A DNA stretch of 64,000 nucleotides from Thalia democratica (Eukaryota). The notes beneath the pieces were generated by a model, which did not search any database, had not been told where the DNA came from, and saw only the letters and a list, made by a program, of their open reading frames with translations. The position numbers were made by a program, and so were the translations under genes. The DNA is taken from contig OZ241829.1 in assembly GCA_965202585.1 (NCBI GenBank), positions 22,568,001 through 22,632,000 of the forward strand. Direction: 5' to 3'. Of the stretch, positions 35,936 to 50,900 are shown piece by piece; the first letter of the stretch is position 1, and every line of letters starts with the position of its first letter.

Positions 35936-38900
35936 CTAAATAATAATATTAATTTTTTTAAATAGTTTTATATGTAAATTAAAATATTAATTAAACAACT
36001 TTTTAATTAAATAATAATGTGGTAAGAATAATCTCCGCTTCGTAAGTTGCTAAGATAACAATAACATTAATTTGTGTAAAACTTATTTAATGAAATGAAT
36101 AAATAAAAATTATGGTAGGAAAACCAGTACTAGGGTCACATAGCTTTATAAAGTGTGAAAAACTAACGAAATTTAATTGTTATTTGCACCACAAAGACTG
36201 TGTTGTTTTAAAATTTATCACCTCAAAAAGTTAACATAATAATTCAATTTTTTATAACATTGTTTCTTATACAATCTTTATTTTAGAGTCGAGGTTTATT
36301 GAAATTACGCCTGTGTAGAAATAACAAGTATAAATTTTATTAATCATATAAAAACTATAAATCGAACCTGTGGTAATATCTCCTCACTAATTGAGGTTCT
36401 ACAGCTCTAAAGACGTGCAATTGGGAATACTTGACAAGAAGATCGTAAATGTTCAGTTTGTCCTGTGCCTCTGTTATCTAAAAGAAAAGTAAACAAAATG
36501 TTTTTAATGATAAACATTCAACTGAGTGTCTTGTTATTATATTGTATTTATATTTAACAAACTTCCAACATAGCTTTTAGGTTTGTATTAGTTTAATTTA
36601 AGTGTTTTTTTATATATATATTTCAACTGTGTGTCATGCTGTTTAATTCAATTTTATTTTATTTATTTAAACAAACTTTCAACTAAGTTTCATGCTGTTT
36701 AATTCAATTATATTCTATTTATTTTTAACAAACTTTCAACTGTGTGTCTTGTTATTACATTCTACTTATTTTCAACAAACTTTCAACTGTGTGTCTTGTT
36801 ATTACATTCTACTTATTTTTAACAAACTTTCAACTGTGTGTCTTGTTATTACATTCTACTTATTTTAACAAACTTTCAACTGAGTGTCTTGTTATTACAT
36901 TGTATTCATTTCTAACAAACTTTCAACTGTGTGTCTTGTTATTACATTCTTCTTATTTTCAACAAACTTTCAACTGTGTGTCTTGTTATTAAATTCTACT
37001 TATTTTCAACAAACTTTCAACTAAGTTTCATGCTGTTTAATTCAATTATATTCTATTTATTTTTAACAAACTTTCAACTGCGTGTCTTGTTATTACATTC
37101 TACTTATTTTAACAAACTTTCAACTGTGTGTCTTGTTATTACGTTCTACTTATTTTTAAAAACTTTCAACTGTGTGTCTTGTTATTACATTCTACTTATT
37201 TTCAACAAACTTTCAACTGAGTGTCTTGTTATTACATTCTAGTTATTTTTAACAAACTTTCAACTGTGTGTCTTGTTATTACATTCTACTTATTTTTAAA
37301 AACTTTCAACTGTGTGTCTTGTTATTACATTCTACTTATTTTCAACAAACTTTCAACTGAGTGTCTTGTTATTACATTCTACTTATTTTTAACAAACTTT
37401 CAACTGTGTGTCTTGTTATTACATTCTATTTATTTTCAACAAACTTTCAACTGTGTGTCTTGTTATTACATTCTACTTATTTTCAACAAACTTTCAACTG
37501 TGTGTCTTGTTATTACATTCTACTTATTTTTAACAAACTTTCAACTGTGTGTCTTGTTATTACATTCTACTTATTTTCAACAAACTTTCAACTGTGTGTC
37601 TTGTTATTACATTCTACTTATTTTCAGCAAACTTTCAACTGAGTGTCTTGTTATTACATTCTACTTATTTTTAACAAACTTTCAACTGAGTGTCTTGTTA
37701 TAAAATTCTATTCATTTCTAACAAACTTTCAACTGAGTGTCTTGTTATTACATTCTACTTATTTTTAACAAACTTTCAACTGAGTGTCATGTTATTACAT
37801 TCTACTTATTTTCAACAAACTTTCAACTATGTGTCTTGTTATTACATTCTACTTATTTTCAACAAACTTTCAACTGTGTGTCTTGTTATTACATTCTACT
37901 TATTTTCGACAAACTTTCAACTGTGTGTCTCTTGTTATTACATTCTATTCATTTCTAACAAACTTTCAACTGTGTGTCTTGTTATTACATTCTACTTATT
38001 TTCAACAAACTTTCAACTGAGTGTCTTGTTATTACACTCTACTTATTTTTAACAAACTTTCAACTGAGTGTCTTGTTATTACATTCTACTTATTTTCAAC
38101 AAACTTTCAACTGTGTGTCTTGTTATTACATTCTACTTATTTCTAACAAACTTTCAACTGTGTGTCTTGTTATTACATTCTACTTATTTTTAACAAACTT
38201 TCAACTGTGTGTCTTGTTATTACATTCTACTTATTTTTAACAAACTTTCAACTGTGTGTCTTGTTATTACATTCTATTCATTTCTAACAAACTTTCAACT
38301 GTGTGTCTTGTTATTACATTCTAGTTATTTTTAACAAACTTTCAACTGTGTGTCTTGTTATTACATTCTACTTATTTTTAACAAACTTTCAACTGCATGT
38401 CTTGTTATTACATTCTACTTATTTTTAACAAACTTTCAACTGTGTGTCTTGTTATTACATTCTACTTATTTTTAACAAACTTTCAACTGCGTGTCTTGTT
38501 ATTACATTCTACTTATTTTCAACAAACTTTCAACTGTGTGTCTTGTTATTACATTCTACTTATTTTTAACAAACTTTCAACTGCGTGTCTTGTTATTACA
38601 TTCTACTTATTTTCAACAAACTTTCAACTGTGTGTCTTGTTATTACATTCTACTCATTTTTAACAAACTTTCAACTGTGTGTCTTGTTATTACATTCTAC
38701 TTATTTTTAACAAACTTTCAACTGTGTGTCTTGTTATTACATTCTACTTATTTTCAACAAACTTTCAACTGTGTGTCTTGTTATTACATTCTACTTATTT
38801 TCAACAAACTTTCAACTGTGTGTCTTGTTATTACATTCTACTCATTTTTAACAAACTTTCAACTGTGTGTCTTGTTATTACATTCTACTTATTTTTAACA

Positions 38901-41900
38901 AACTTTCAACTGAGTGTCTTGTTATTACATTCTACTTATTTTCAACAAACTTTCAACTGTGTGTCTTGTTATTACATTCTACTTATTTCTAACAAACTTT
39001 CAACTGTGTGTCTTGTTATTACATTCTACTTATTTTTAACAAACTTTCAACTGTGTGTCTTGTTATTACATTCTACTTATTTTTAACAAACTTTCAACTG
39101 TGTGTCTTGTTATTACATTCTATTCATTTCTAACAAACTTTCAACTGTGTGTCTTGTTATTACATTCTAGTTATTTTTAACAAACTTTCAACTGTGTGTC
39201 TTGTTATTACATTCTACTTATTTTTAACAAACTTTCAACTGTGTGTCTTGTTATTACATTCTACTTATTTTTAACAAACTTTCAACTGTGTGTCTTGTTA
39301 TTACATTCTACTTATTTTCAACAAACTTTCAACTGTGTGTCTTGTTATTACATTCTACTCATTTTTAACAAACTTTCAACTGTGTGTCTTGTTATTACAT
39401 TCTACTTATTTTTAACAAACTTTCAACTGCGTGTCTTGTTATTACATTCTACTTATTTTTAACAAACTTTCAACTGTGTGTCTTGTTATTACATTCTACT
39501 TATTTTTAACAAACTTTCAACTGCGTGTCTTGTTATTACATTCTACTTATTTTCAACAAACTTTCAACTGTGTGTCTTGTTATTACATTCTAGTTATTTT
39601 TAACAAACTTTCAACTGTGTGTCTTGTTATTACATTCTACTTATTTTTAACAAACTTTCAACTGCATGTCTTGTTATTACATTCTACTTATTTTTAACAA
39701 ACTTTCAACTGTGTGTCTTGTTATTACATTCTACTTATTTTTAACAAACTTTCAACTGCGTGTCTTGTTATTACATTCTACTTATTTTCAACAAACTTTC
39801 AACTGTGTGTCTTGTTATTACATTCTACTTATTTTTAACAAACTTTCAACTGCGTGTCTTGTTATTACATTCTACTTATTTTCAACAAACTTTCAACTGT
39901 GTGTCTTGTTATTACATTCTACTCATTTTTAACAAACTTTCAACTGTGTGTCTTGTTATTACATTCTACTTATTTTTAACAAACTTTCAACTGTGTGTCT
40001 TGTTATTACATTCTACTTATTTTCAACAAACTTTCAACTGTGTGTCTTGTTATTACATTCTACTTATTTTCAACAAACTTTCAACTGTGTGTCTTGTTAT
40101 TACATTCTACTCATTTTTAACAAACTTTCAACTGTGTGTCTTGTTATTACATTCTACTTATTTTTAACAAACTTTCAACTGAGTGTCTTGTTATTACATT
40201 CTACTTATTTTCAACAAACTTTCAACTGTGTGTCTTGTTATTACATTCTACTTATTTCTAACAAACTTTCAACTGTGTGTCTTGTTATTACATTCTACTT
40301 ATTTTTAACAAACTTTCAACTGTGTGTCTTGTTATTACATTCTACTTATTTTTAACAAACTTTCAACTGTGTGTCTTGTTATTACATTCTATTCATTTCT
40401 AACAAACTTTCAACTGTGTGTCTTGTTATTACATTCTAGTTATTTTTAACAAACTTTCAACTGTGTGTCTTGTTATTACATTCTACTTATTTTTAACAAA
40501 CTTTCAACTGTGTGTCTTGTTATTACATTCTACTTATTTTTAACAAACTTTCAACTGTGTGTCTTGTTATTACATTCTACTTATTTTCAACAAACTTTCA
40601 ACTGTGTGTCTTGTTATTACATTCTACTCATTTTTAACAAACTTTCAACTGTGTGTCTTGTTATTACATTCTACTTATTTTTAACAAACTTTCAACTGCG
40701 TGTCTTGTTATTACATTCTACTTATTTTTAACAAACTTTCAACTGTGTGTCTTGTTATTACATTCTACTTATTTTTAACAAACTTTCAACTGCGTGTCTT
40801 GTTATTACATTCTACTTATTTTCAACAAACTTTCAACTGTGTGTCTTGTTATTACATTCTACTTATTTTTAACAAACTTTCAACTGCGTGTCTTGTTATT
40901 ACATTCTACTTATTTTCAACAAACTTTCAACTGTGTGTCTTGTTATTACATTCTACTCATTTTTAACAAACTTTCAACTGTGTGTCTTGTTATTACATTC
41001 TACTTATTTTTAACAAACTTTCAACTGTGTGTCATGTTATTACATTCTATTTATTTTCAACAAACTTTCAACTGTGTGTCTTGTTATTACATTCTACTTA
41101 TTTTCAACAAACTTTCAACTGTGTGTCTTGTTATTACATTCTACTTATTTTTAACAAACTTTCAACTGTGTGTCTTGTTATTACATTCTACTTATTTTCA
41201 ACAAACTTTCAACTGTGTGTCTTGTTATTACATTCTACTCATTTTTAACAAACTTTCAACTGTGTGTCTTGTTATTACATTCTACTTATTTTTAACAAAC
41301 TTTCAACTGTGTGTCTTGTTATTACATTCTACTTATTTTTAACAAACTTTCAACTGTGTGTCTTGTTATTACATTCTACTTATTTTTAACAAACTTTCAA
41401 CTGCGTGTCTTGTTATTACATTCTACTTATTTTCAACAAACTTTCAACTGTGTGTCTTGTTATTACATTCTACTTATTTTTAACAAACTTTCAACTGCGT
41501 GTCTTGTTATTACATTCTACTTATTTTCAACAAACTTTCAACTGTGTGTCTTGTTATTACATTCTACTCATTTTTAACAAACTTTCAACTGTGTGTCTTG
41601 TTATTACATTCTACTTATTTTTAACAAACTTTCAACTGTGTGTCATGTTATTACATTCTATTTATTTTCAACAAACTTTCAACTGTGTGTCTTGTTATTA
41701 CATTCTACTTATTTTCAACAAACTTTCAACTGTGTGTCTTGTTATTACATTCTACTTATTTTTAACAAACTTTCAACTGTGTGTCTTGTTATTACATTCT
41801 ACTTATTTTCAACAAACTTTCAACTGCGTGTCTTGTTATTACATTCTACTTATTTTCAACAAACTTTCAACTGTGTGTCTTGTTATTACATTCTACTTAT

Positions 41901-44900
41901 TTTTAACAAACTTTCAACTGCGTGTCTTGTTATTACATTCTACTTATTTTCAACAAACTTTCAACTGTGTGTCTTGTTATTACATTCTACTCATTTTTAA
42001 CAAACTTTCAACTGTGTGTCTTGTTATTACATTCTACTTATTTTTAACAAACTTTCAACTGTGTGTCATGTTATTACATTCTATTTATTTTCAACAAACT
42101 TTCAACTGTGTGTCTTGTTATTACATTCTACTTATTTTCAACAAACTTTCAACTGTGTGTCTTGTTATTACATTCTACTTATTTTTAACAAACTTTCAAC
42201 TGTGTGTCATGTTATTACATTCTATTTATTTTCAACAAACTTTCAACTGAGTGTCATGTTGTTTAATTCAATTACATTCTACTTATTTTAAACAAACTTT
42301 CAACTGGGTGTCATGTTATTACATTCTATTTATTTTCAACAAACTTTCAACTGGGTGTCTTGTTATTATATTCTACTTATTTTAACAAACTTTCAACTAA
42401 GTGTCATGTTGTTTAATTCAATTACATTCTACTTATTTTAAACAAACTTTCAACTGAGTGTCTTGTTATTACATTCTACTTATTTTTAACAAACTTTCAA
42501 CTGGGTGTCTTGTTATTACATTCTATTCATTTCTAACAAACTTTCAACTGTGTGTCTTGTTATTACATTCTACTTATTTTCAACAAACTTTCAACTGTGT
42601 GTCATGTTGTTTAATCCAATTATATTCTATTTATTTTAAAAAACTTTCAACTGGGTGTCTTGTTATTACATTCAATTATATTCTATTTATTTTTAACAAA
42701 CTTTCAACTGGGTGTCATGCTGGCTGACGGAGGCGCTGAGCAAATTCCTCGCTTTCACGTAATCGCTGTTGTGTATGCACACCTCATCGAACGAGTAAAT
42801 GTCGAACCTCCCGTACTTCGGCTTGATCGACACTTTCTCCGGTGCCGGTTGACCCTATGTATGGGGTGAAAAATATTAGAAAATATTTAAAAATAAAAAA
42901 TTTGTTGAAGTAGATTAAATTTAAATAAGTTAAGTAAAACTTTCCATTGTATGGGATGAAAAATATATTAAAAAAATAATTAAAACTTATTTAAGTAGGT
43001 TATTAATTAAGTTAAGTAACACTTGCCACAGTAAATCCATTTATCATTTTATCCTTGTTATGTGATTTTTTATACCAATTTTTTAAAAATTTATTCTTTA
43101 TTGTCGTTTACTTCATCATGCCATGTAATGTATTCTATACAATTGAAGTTAAAAAATATGTATTGTTTATCTAGTTTGAAAATGATAAACTTTTCTTTTC
43201 AATGATGTAAAGGTACCATTTAATTAACTTTATAAAAACTTAACGATATTTTAGTAAATATAAAATACAACAACAAAAACCTTGTGCACAATTTCAGGGC
43301 TGTACCTAGAAAAGGGAATTGGGAAAAACGCTTGCCACCCTAAACAAAAAAAAAATGTATAAATTTATATTTCAGTCACAACAAAAAATAGTTAAATGAT
43401 AAAATACAAATAGCTCAACAATCAATACAACGTCATAGTATATCATCTAACACACAAGTTAAGCTAAAACCTTTTAAATTCCAAAAAAAAAAAACTACTC
43501 TGTAAACAAAGCATACCTTGCAGAGTGTTCATTCTGCATCTGTTGAGAAAATCACTGTTGAGATCGGCTGCAGGTGATGTTATGTACAGCAGCGCGTCAT
43601 CGGAAAACTTCTTCGTCTCTATATCCATCGTTTTCAACTGAAACATGGCAAACGTTAACGAAATCGACTATTACTAGTGCAATGAACAGTTAAAAGCATA
43701 TTTCGTTTTATGCATTTAATTGCTTAGAAGTAGAAATCTATTTTGCTTACATTTTTTAAATTTTGTCATTTGGAAACCTTGTTTAGATGCCCTGACTTAA
43801 AATTTTAACTATTATCAACTTACTTTAAAAGGTATATCCGTTTTTATACTGATTAATATAAACAACAGTAACTACAGAAATAACTAAAAATAATTATAGT
43901 ATGTAAAACTAACTTGTGAAGTTATCTCTGTTTTTATACTTGTTGACAAATATAACAATTCTTATAAGATAACTTGCAAAAGTATCTCATTTTTAATTTT
44001 ATTTGATGTAAAAAATGTTTTTTATAACTTACTTGTGAGGGTATTTCTGTTTTTATACTGAGCCATGGAATCAACTTGCTCGGGTCATTTTCATTCTTGT
44101 ATTTGTCCTGTGAAGAAGTTTTCATGTGGAAGTTGGCATTTTAAAAATTATAACACAAACAATTAGTTTTAACATATTCAAGTTAGTGTATTTTAGGAGT
44201 ATAAGTCCACGCATACTTAAATTTACAATTTTTGTTGAAGAGTTGGTTTGCATAAAATTTTATAAAAATATAGAATACCCTGTGTTTTTTATTCAATTTC
44301 TAAAAAAGTGACCTTTTATTAGATCCGTTTTAACACTTTTCGACAGTATTAAAAAAGCATAACTCATAGCTACTATGAATTCAATCTAGAAGTATATGAG
44401 CAAAAAAGTAAATAAGACAGTAATTGTTTTTAAACTTCATACAAATATAATTCTAACTTCAAACTCATCGAGTATTTTCTTTTGTTCAAGGAAAATATCG
44501 TTGTCTTTCAACTGAGAAGCGCTTTCTCCATTGTAAATGAACACGACTGTCAGTGAGCATTTCTCCTTCGTTTGCAGTACAACCTGTACATTGAAATATG
44601 TAGAAAATGTGTCTCTGAAAGTTTACAATTTCGAATTTTTTTTTCAATACTGCTTGTGCAAAATTAAAAGTTATGCTTTCGAAAAAAAAAATACTTAAGA
44701 GTTTAAAAAAATTTTTTTGGGAAAAAATACTGATATCATTATAAATTATTGTGAGTTATTTAATATATCTTTTCTAACAATCTCAATTTTTAATACATAA
44801 TTATTCAGTTTTTATAAATCCAAGACAAATCATTTAGTTCCAAATCGTATTAGCCAAAGCTTTTAAAATTATAAAAGAACTTTAAAATGTGTCTACTTTT

Positions 44901-47900
44901 AAGTTGATAAAATTTACTTACATAAAAGCTTAAAATATAACTAATTAAAAATTTAATTTTTATAAAAACGAAACTAACGCTGGCGTAAATGTTCATGAAT
45001 TTTTTGAACAAGTTCCTTTCATGTTTAGTGACCGACAATATAATGTTTATTGAAGCTGATTCCGTCACAAACGGCATCGGAACTATTTCTGCCTATTAGG
45101 TTATAACTCAATTATTGTTACGTCATAAATAAGTGTTTATTCTTACGTCATAACTAATATTTATCGTTATTTAATTTCTTATTTAAATGTAACTTACACA
45201 TTTAGTTTACCTAAAAGTAGTTACTTTCAATTTGAACTAGTCACTTATATAGACAAAAATTGTAACAAAAAATACTTGATTAAAGCAAAACTTTAAATAT
45301 TTTTTACTTTTAGTTACTTTAAATATTTATTTGTTTTTATAGTTATCAAAAACATAACCAAAAACTAATTACTGAAACTCTTTTTCTTTAATCAAGCTAT
45401 ATTTTTAAACCTTCGTAGAATTTAAATTATAAAGTTAGTAATAAAGATAATTTAATTTATTGCAAAGTCAAAAATTAAAACAAAAATGTTTGATTGCAGC
45501 CATTAGCTCTAAATTAGTTCTGGTTTTCATCAAAGTTTACGGACAACTTACAGATTTGTTATTTTGTTAAAACTCACATAAGTTTTATTTTATTCACAAT
45601 ACACACTTCTATGGTTTAAGATTTTTGATCATTTTATTAATTTTAGCCATGTTTGTTGGCAAAAGTAAAACTACTACTCTAAAGTTATATAATAAGGTTA
45701 AAAAAATCTTGACTTGTTTGTACTATTGGAATAAAAAATATTTTGACTTTGTTTTTCGTACAGTGTGATTTAAAACCTCTAAAATAAAATAAAACCATTC
45801 CTTTAGAAAAACATCAAACAAACGAAAATTATAACTGTTTCTAAATGACCTTTAGATTTTCAAAACACTTAAAAAATACAGCTAGCTTATTTTAAAAACT
45901 GTAATAAAAATTTTTTTCTAAGAACCAGGATGATTTAATGTTAACAGTCCAATTAAATAAATTATGTAAAGAAAAAAAATTCACCAATCAAATTTAAACT
46001 GTTCTGAAAACCGCAATTAATTGCCGCAGTTTATAGTGGCCGTAAATTTAAATCTGTAATAATTATGGGTTTTATGTTGGTGCAAAATTGTAATTTTATT
46101 CTACAGCATAAATATTACTAATTTTTATTTAAATATAAAAAATAACCATTCAAGTAAGTGAAACTTGAAAAAATAATTTTAAAAAAGCTATAAAAAGTTT
46201 ACATTCAAGTATTTTACAAAACTGTAGAACCAGCAAGAAAGTATAAACAGTTGAAATTTTTGATGTTGGCAAATTTTAATTTTGATTTTTACATATATAT
46301 TCGCAGAGATTAACAAAAAAAGAAGTCTCAACATACCGATTAAGTAACTAAGGTTTAGGATGATAAAATTAGAAACAAAAATATACAAATTAAAATGTTG
46401 AAATAATGGTTTTTCCATTATGAAAATCACAATTTTTATACATTAAAGTTTATTGCAAACAAAATACAAAACAGAAGTACTTTTCGGACACGCTCTTCAG
46501 TATTTTTTCGTGTCAAAACAAGCTGAAATAATGATTTACTGATAAAAGCTAATAAAACTAAGTATTTAAGAAAACAAATTAAATTTAACACAATAGTAAT
46601 AATTAACAAATTAAGGCAATCGTTTAATCAGAAATAATACATATATGTTACATACAATACAATAATGTTACATTTATATTATTTCTGATTTAACGATTGC
46701 CTTAATTTGTTAATTATTACTATTGTGTTAAATTTAATTTGTTTTCTTAAATACTTAGTTTTATTAGTTTTTATCAGTAAATCATTATTTCAGCTTGTTT
46801 TGACACGAAAAAATACTGAAGAGCGTGTCCGAAAAGTACTTCTATTTTGTATTTTGTTTGCAATAAACAAATTAAAATGTTCAATAAAAACTATACTATG
46901 AATTATTTTTTAAGTTGTTCAAAAATTACAAAAAAAATTGCTTAAATTAATAGACAGTAATTAGTAAAAAATGTTTTTTACTTACAACTTAATTTGCTTA
47001 TAACTATATTGGTTTTATTTTAAACTTAATCTATATAAATTCATATGTATATACACATACTATATATAGTATATAAATATGTGATAAGAACATCTCATTA
47101 TTCAAAAATGAAGTTGTGAATTGACACTACGCGATATATCATTTTCAATGGTGTTTATAAGTTTTATATATTCTTAATATATACAATAACAGTTATGTAA
47201 AAAATTGCTTCAAATAAAAAAAACTGTGAGATAAAAATTTGAATGATTGTTTTGTTTGAATTTACAAACTTTATAGTGTTATAAAAAAAACCACTAAACA
47301 ACAACTATTGTGTTTAGGACAGATATAATACCTATATTTTATACATAAAGCTTATTTTTATAACTATGAAATATCATTAAAGAGACAACAACAAAACAAC
47401 TTATATTAGTTAATGGTCTCAGCAGATCTAAATCTAAATGTACCTAAACACTGTATGGCTTTAAAATTTAGTTGTAACTTTTGTACATTTTAATACATGC
47501 AAACAACAACAAAACAACTCACATTAGTCAACGGTCTCAACAGATCCACCCTGTGGTTGACCTCAATGGTCCGGCCCTGCACCTGCACGTACAGCAGCAA
47601 GTCCAGTATGTACTCCATCCCCCTCTGCGGGTCGAACCTCCTGTACCCGTTGATCAGCTTCTTCTTGCTCAGCTGCAATCCCTGTGTTTAAATTTAAATG
47701 ATTTTAGATAACTTAAATCTAGCTGTTGCAGATGCTACGGGTTTCTAAAACAATGTAGACACACATCCAGTCTTGACAAAATAGGTGTAAAAAAAAAGTA
47801 TATCAGTTCCAATCCCTGTTGAGATGTTTTAAATCTAGCTGTGGCGAATGTAAAAAGTTTTTTGCACTTAGGCTGGTGTATTAAAGAATCAAGTGTAAAA

Positions 47901-50900
47901 AAGTATTTGTTTTAAACAATAATACGGCTGGAATATGAAAAATTTTAGCATTTAAAATAACCTGGGGGTTGTATTTCTCATTCAATCGTTTCAGTGCAAC
48001 CTCAATTATATTGACAATGTCTATTTTGTCGATTCCGTTCAATTCGCATTTTGGTATTTCACCTATAATTAAAAGCGATATTTTATAAATGGTAAAAAGT
48101 AAAAACATTTGTTGTTTTTGATGATTGATTCTTTTAAACACTAAATAAATAGTACTTCATAATTATTTTACACTCAAGATATATTTTATTATGAGTTTTT
48201 AAAATATTGTATAACTTGCAAATAAACAACCCAGCAATTTAACATTATCCCAAAAAAAGAATTCATTGTATAATCAATTACACGTATGTACTGTTTGGTC
48301 TTACTTAAATATAAAAATAAGCATGATAATAAATCAAAAGCTTCAACAAAAATGTATTCCAATTATTTATTAATACTTTTCAACATACCGGGGCATGTTA
48401 GTGTGTAGTCCTCGGTGAAGTAGTCCCACAATATTATGTCCCACCTGTTAGTGGGTCTGTAGGATGGATTGATACCTACATAATGTTTGTTGTTTATAAT
48501 TTGTACTTTTATAAAATACTAATGAATTAATTCGTACGAACATTAAACTAAAAGTTTGTAAGCATCGTTAAATCAAGCAATGATACTAAGTCATTGAACT
48601 AGTTAGGTTTAAATCAGCTTTAAATGTTTATTATTTATATATTTGAATTTATTTGATATTAAATTTTATTAATTAATTAATCAAGCTGAGCATTGTTACT
48701 AAGGTATTAAACTAATTATTTTTAAAGCGGCTCTATTTATTATTTAGTATGTATTTAATATGTATAGTAAATTTTAATATAATAATTTACCAATAGGCCA
48801 GGAAAGTGCAGGAGCTTCAGGTGGTAACTTTCCTTCCAGTGATTTTATTTCTTCCTGTGAAATATATTTATTTTAAAATAAATTCTAAAGACTTCTCATT
48901 AACGGATTTTAAAAATGTAAACAGTATAACAATCAAATTCGTCATCCAGTTAATGTCGTGTTTCAATATTTAAAAGTAAAAAAGGAACAAGAGTTTTCAA
49001 TATTTGTTTAATAAACTTCAAAACTCTATACAAAATGGTTTCTGAAAATCTCTGAAATTTCCAACTTCTAAGGGTACATTTGTAAACAACTTCGGAAATA
49101 CAAACATGACTCGTAAAAAATAAACAAACTGAAACTTCCGATATCTGAGATATTTAAGTTTTCGATGTTTTTTAATATATACTTAAAAGCTGTTCACCAG
49201 AGTATCCAAAAACCTAACTATGATATCTTAAAACTTTTTTTAAGATCCAAAAACAAATTTCAAGCAAATAAAATAGTTTTAAAACAATGTTTAATTTTAA
49301 ACAAACTTGAATTTCCGATACCTGCTGAAAGGCAAGATATCAGACTAAAAACAAATTTAAAAAACTATACAAATTTATTGCATATTTTCTTGACGATAAT
49401 AGATTAAACATATTGAAAAGATAAATTTGAGGTTTTAATTAATTTAGCAGAAATATATAAAGTAAATAACAATTAGCAAACAAGCCTGAATTTCTGATAT
49501 CTGCTGAAAGGCCAGGTCGGCTTTTATTTCGCTGAACCTTTTGTGCAGGTGGTACATCTTGTTAGGAGATTTGACGTTAGTGACCACAAGCGAGTTCTTG
49601 AACGCAGTTGAAACGTCGTTGCTGTCGATGTCTATCGAGTTGTCGTCTGGCAAATCGAAAGTGTAGTACGTTCGTCCCTGTTAAATTGTCAGTATTGCAA
49701 CTAGTTCTATTTTTGAACAATTAAACTGTTGGTGTTGATCATCTGAATACTAGAAACTTGTTGCAAAAAGTTAGTTATTTGCAAAAAATAAAGGATATCA
49801 AAGAAATTTTTATAAGGTGTTATGTAAATTCCCTTTTCAAGTGTTTGTTATTTAATTTAAACTCTGAGGGTGTGTATTTAATACAAACATTTTAACATTA
49901 CTTGTTCTTAGATAGAACAAACACATCAATGGTATACAACTGGTTTTATTGTGTTTACAACTCCGTTATATAGTAGAAATTTTATTCCTTTCAACAGTAA
50001 ACTTTTCAAACAACTATACATGCTTATCAATCAAGCATATATACATATTTATATATAAATAACTAGTAAGGATATAAACAAATACATTACAGGGTTGCCA
50101 CTCATTTTTTCAATTTTTTTTCCAGGTTTTCAAAATTTCTTCCATGTTTTTAAAAGTACACATTTTTGTGTCTATTTTTAGTTTTAAGTTAATTTCTATT
50201 AAAGAAACTGTGTTACATAGAATAAAAGCATTGAAAAGATACGGTAAAGTCAATTTAAATGTGTTTTTTAATAAAGAAATTTTTTGATGATGACGAAAAA
50301 TCTTAGTTATATGATAGACTAGTGTCAATTCAAAATTTTACAACTGAAAATGTTTAAGTTACTAAAAATTCCAGGTTTTGCCAGATTTTTTGATCAAATT
50401 TCCAGGTTTTTCCAGGTTTTTTTCAAAATTTCTTAAATTCCAGGTTTTTCCAGATTATTCTAGCCTAAATTGTCAAATTCCAGGTTTTTCCAGGTTTCCA
50501 GGTAAAGTGGCAACCCTGTACATTATGAAGGTTTTTCAGTCGGATACAAATTTTTAGTTTTCATTAAGGTAGTTATTTTCCTTATCCAAACCCACGACTA
50601 CCATTAGACGTGAAGTAATTAAGTTGCATTAACTTATAATGAGCTTTTTTAATTTTGATCTTAGGTAATACATTTATCCAGAATAGAGTATGCAAGCTTA
50701 CCATTGTAATCAAACAACACTAATCATAATGAATGTAATTTTAATAATCTGAATTACTAATACATTATTCTAAGCTTTAATTCAAAGTAATAAAAATGTT
50801 GAAATAATAGAAAATGTTTGGCTGGTAGTAAAGTAAACATGGTCTAGTTATACTAATTAAAGTTACTTCTTTACTTTATATTGAAAATTAACTAAAATAT

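Noticed and set aside
36355-36368. CHPF ending at the read-through TAG just after exon 19
   Set aside because: Exon 20 supplies the conserved C-terminal YHRC..SN.EGL motif in the correct phase
36512-42720. CRISPR array
   Set aside because: Units are head-to-tail with no unique spacers, no cas genes are present, and the context is eukaryotic
36744-42727. Dozens of + strand ORFs (MSCYYILLIFNKLST...)
   Set aside because: Artefacts of translating a 47-bp tandem repeat (47-aa period over three units), antisense to a CHPF intron
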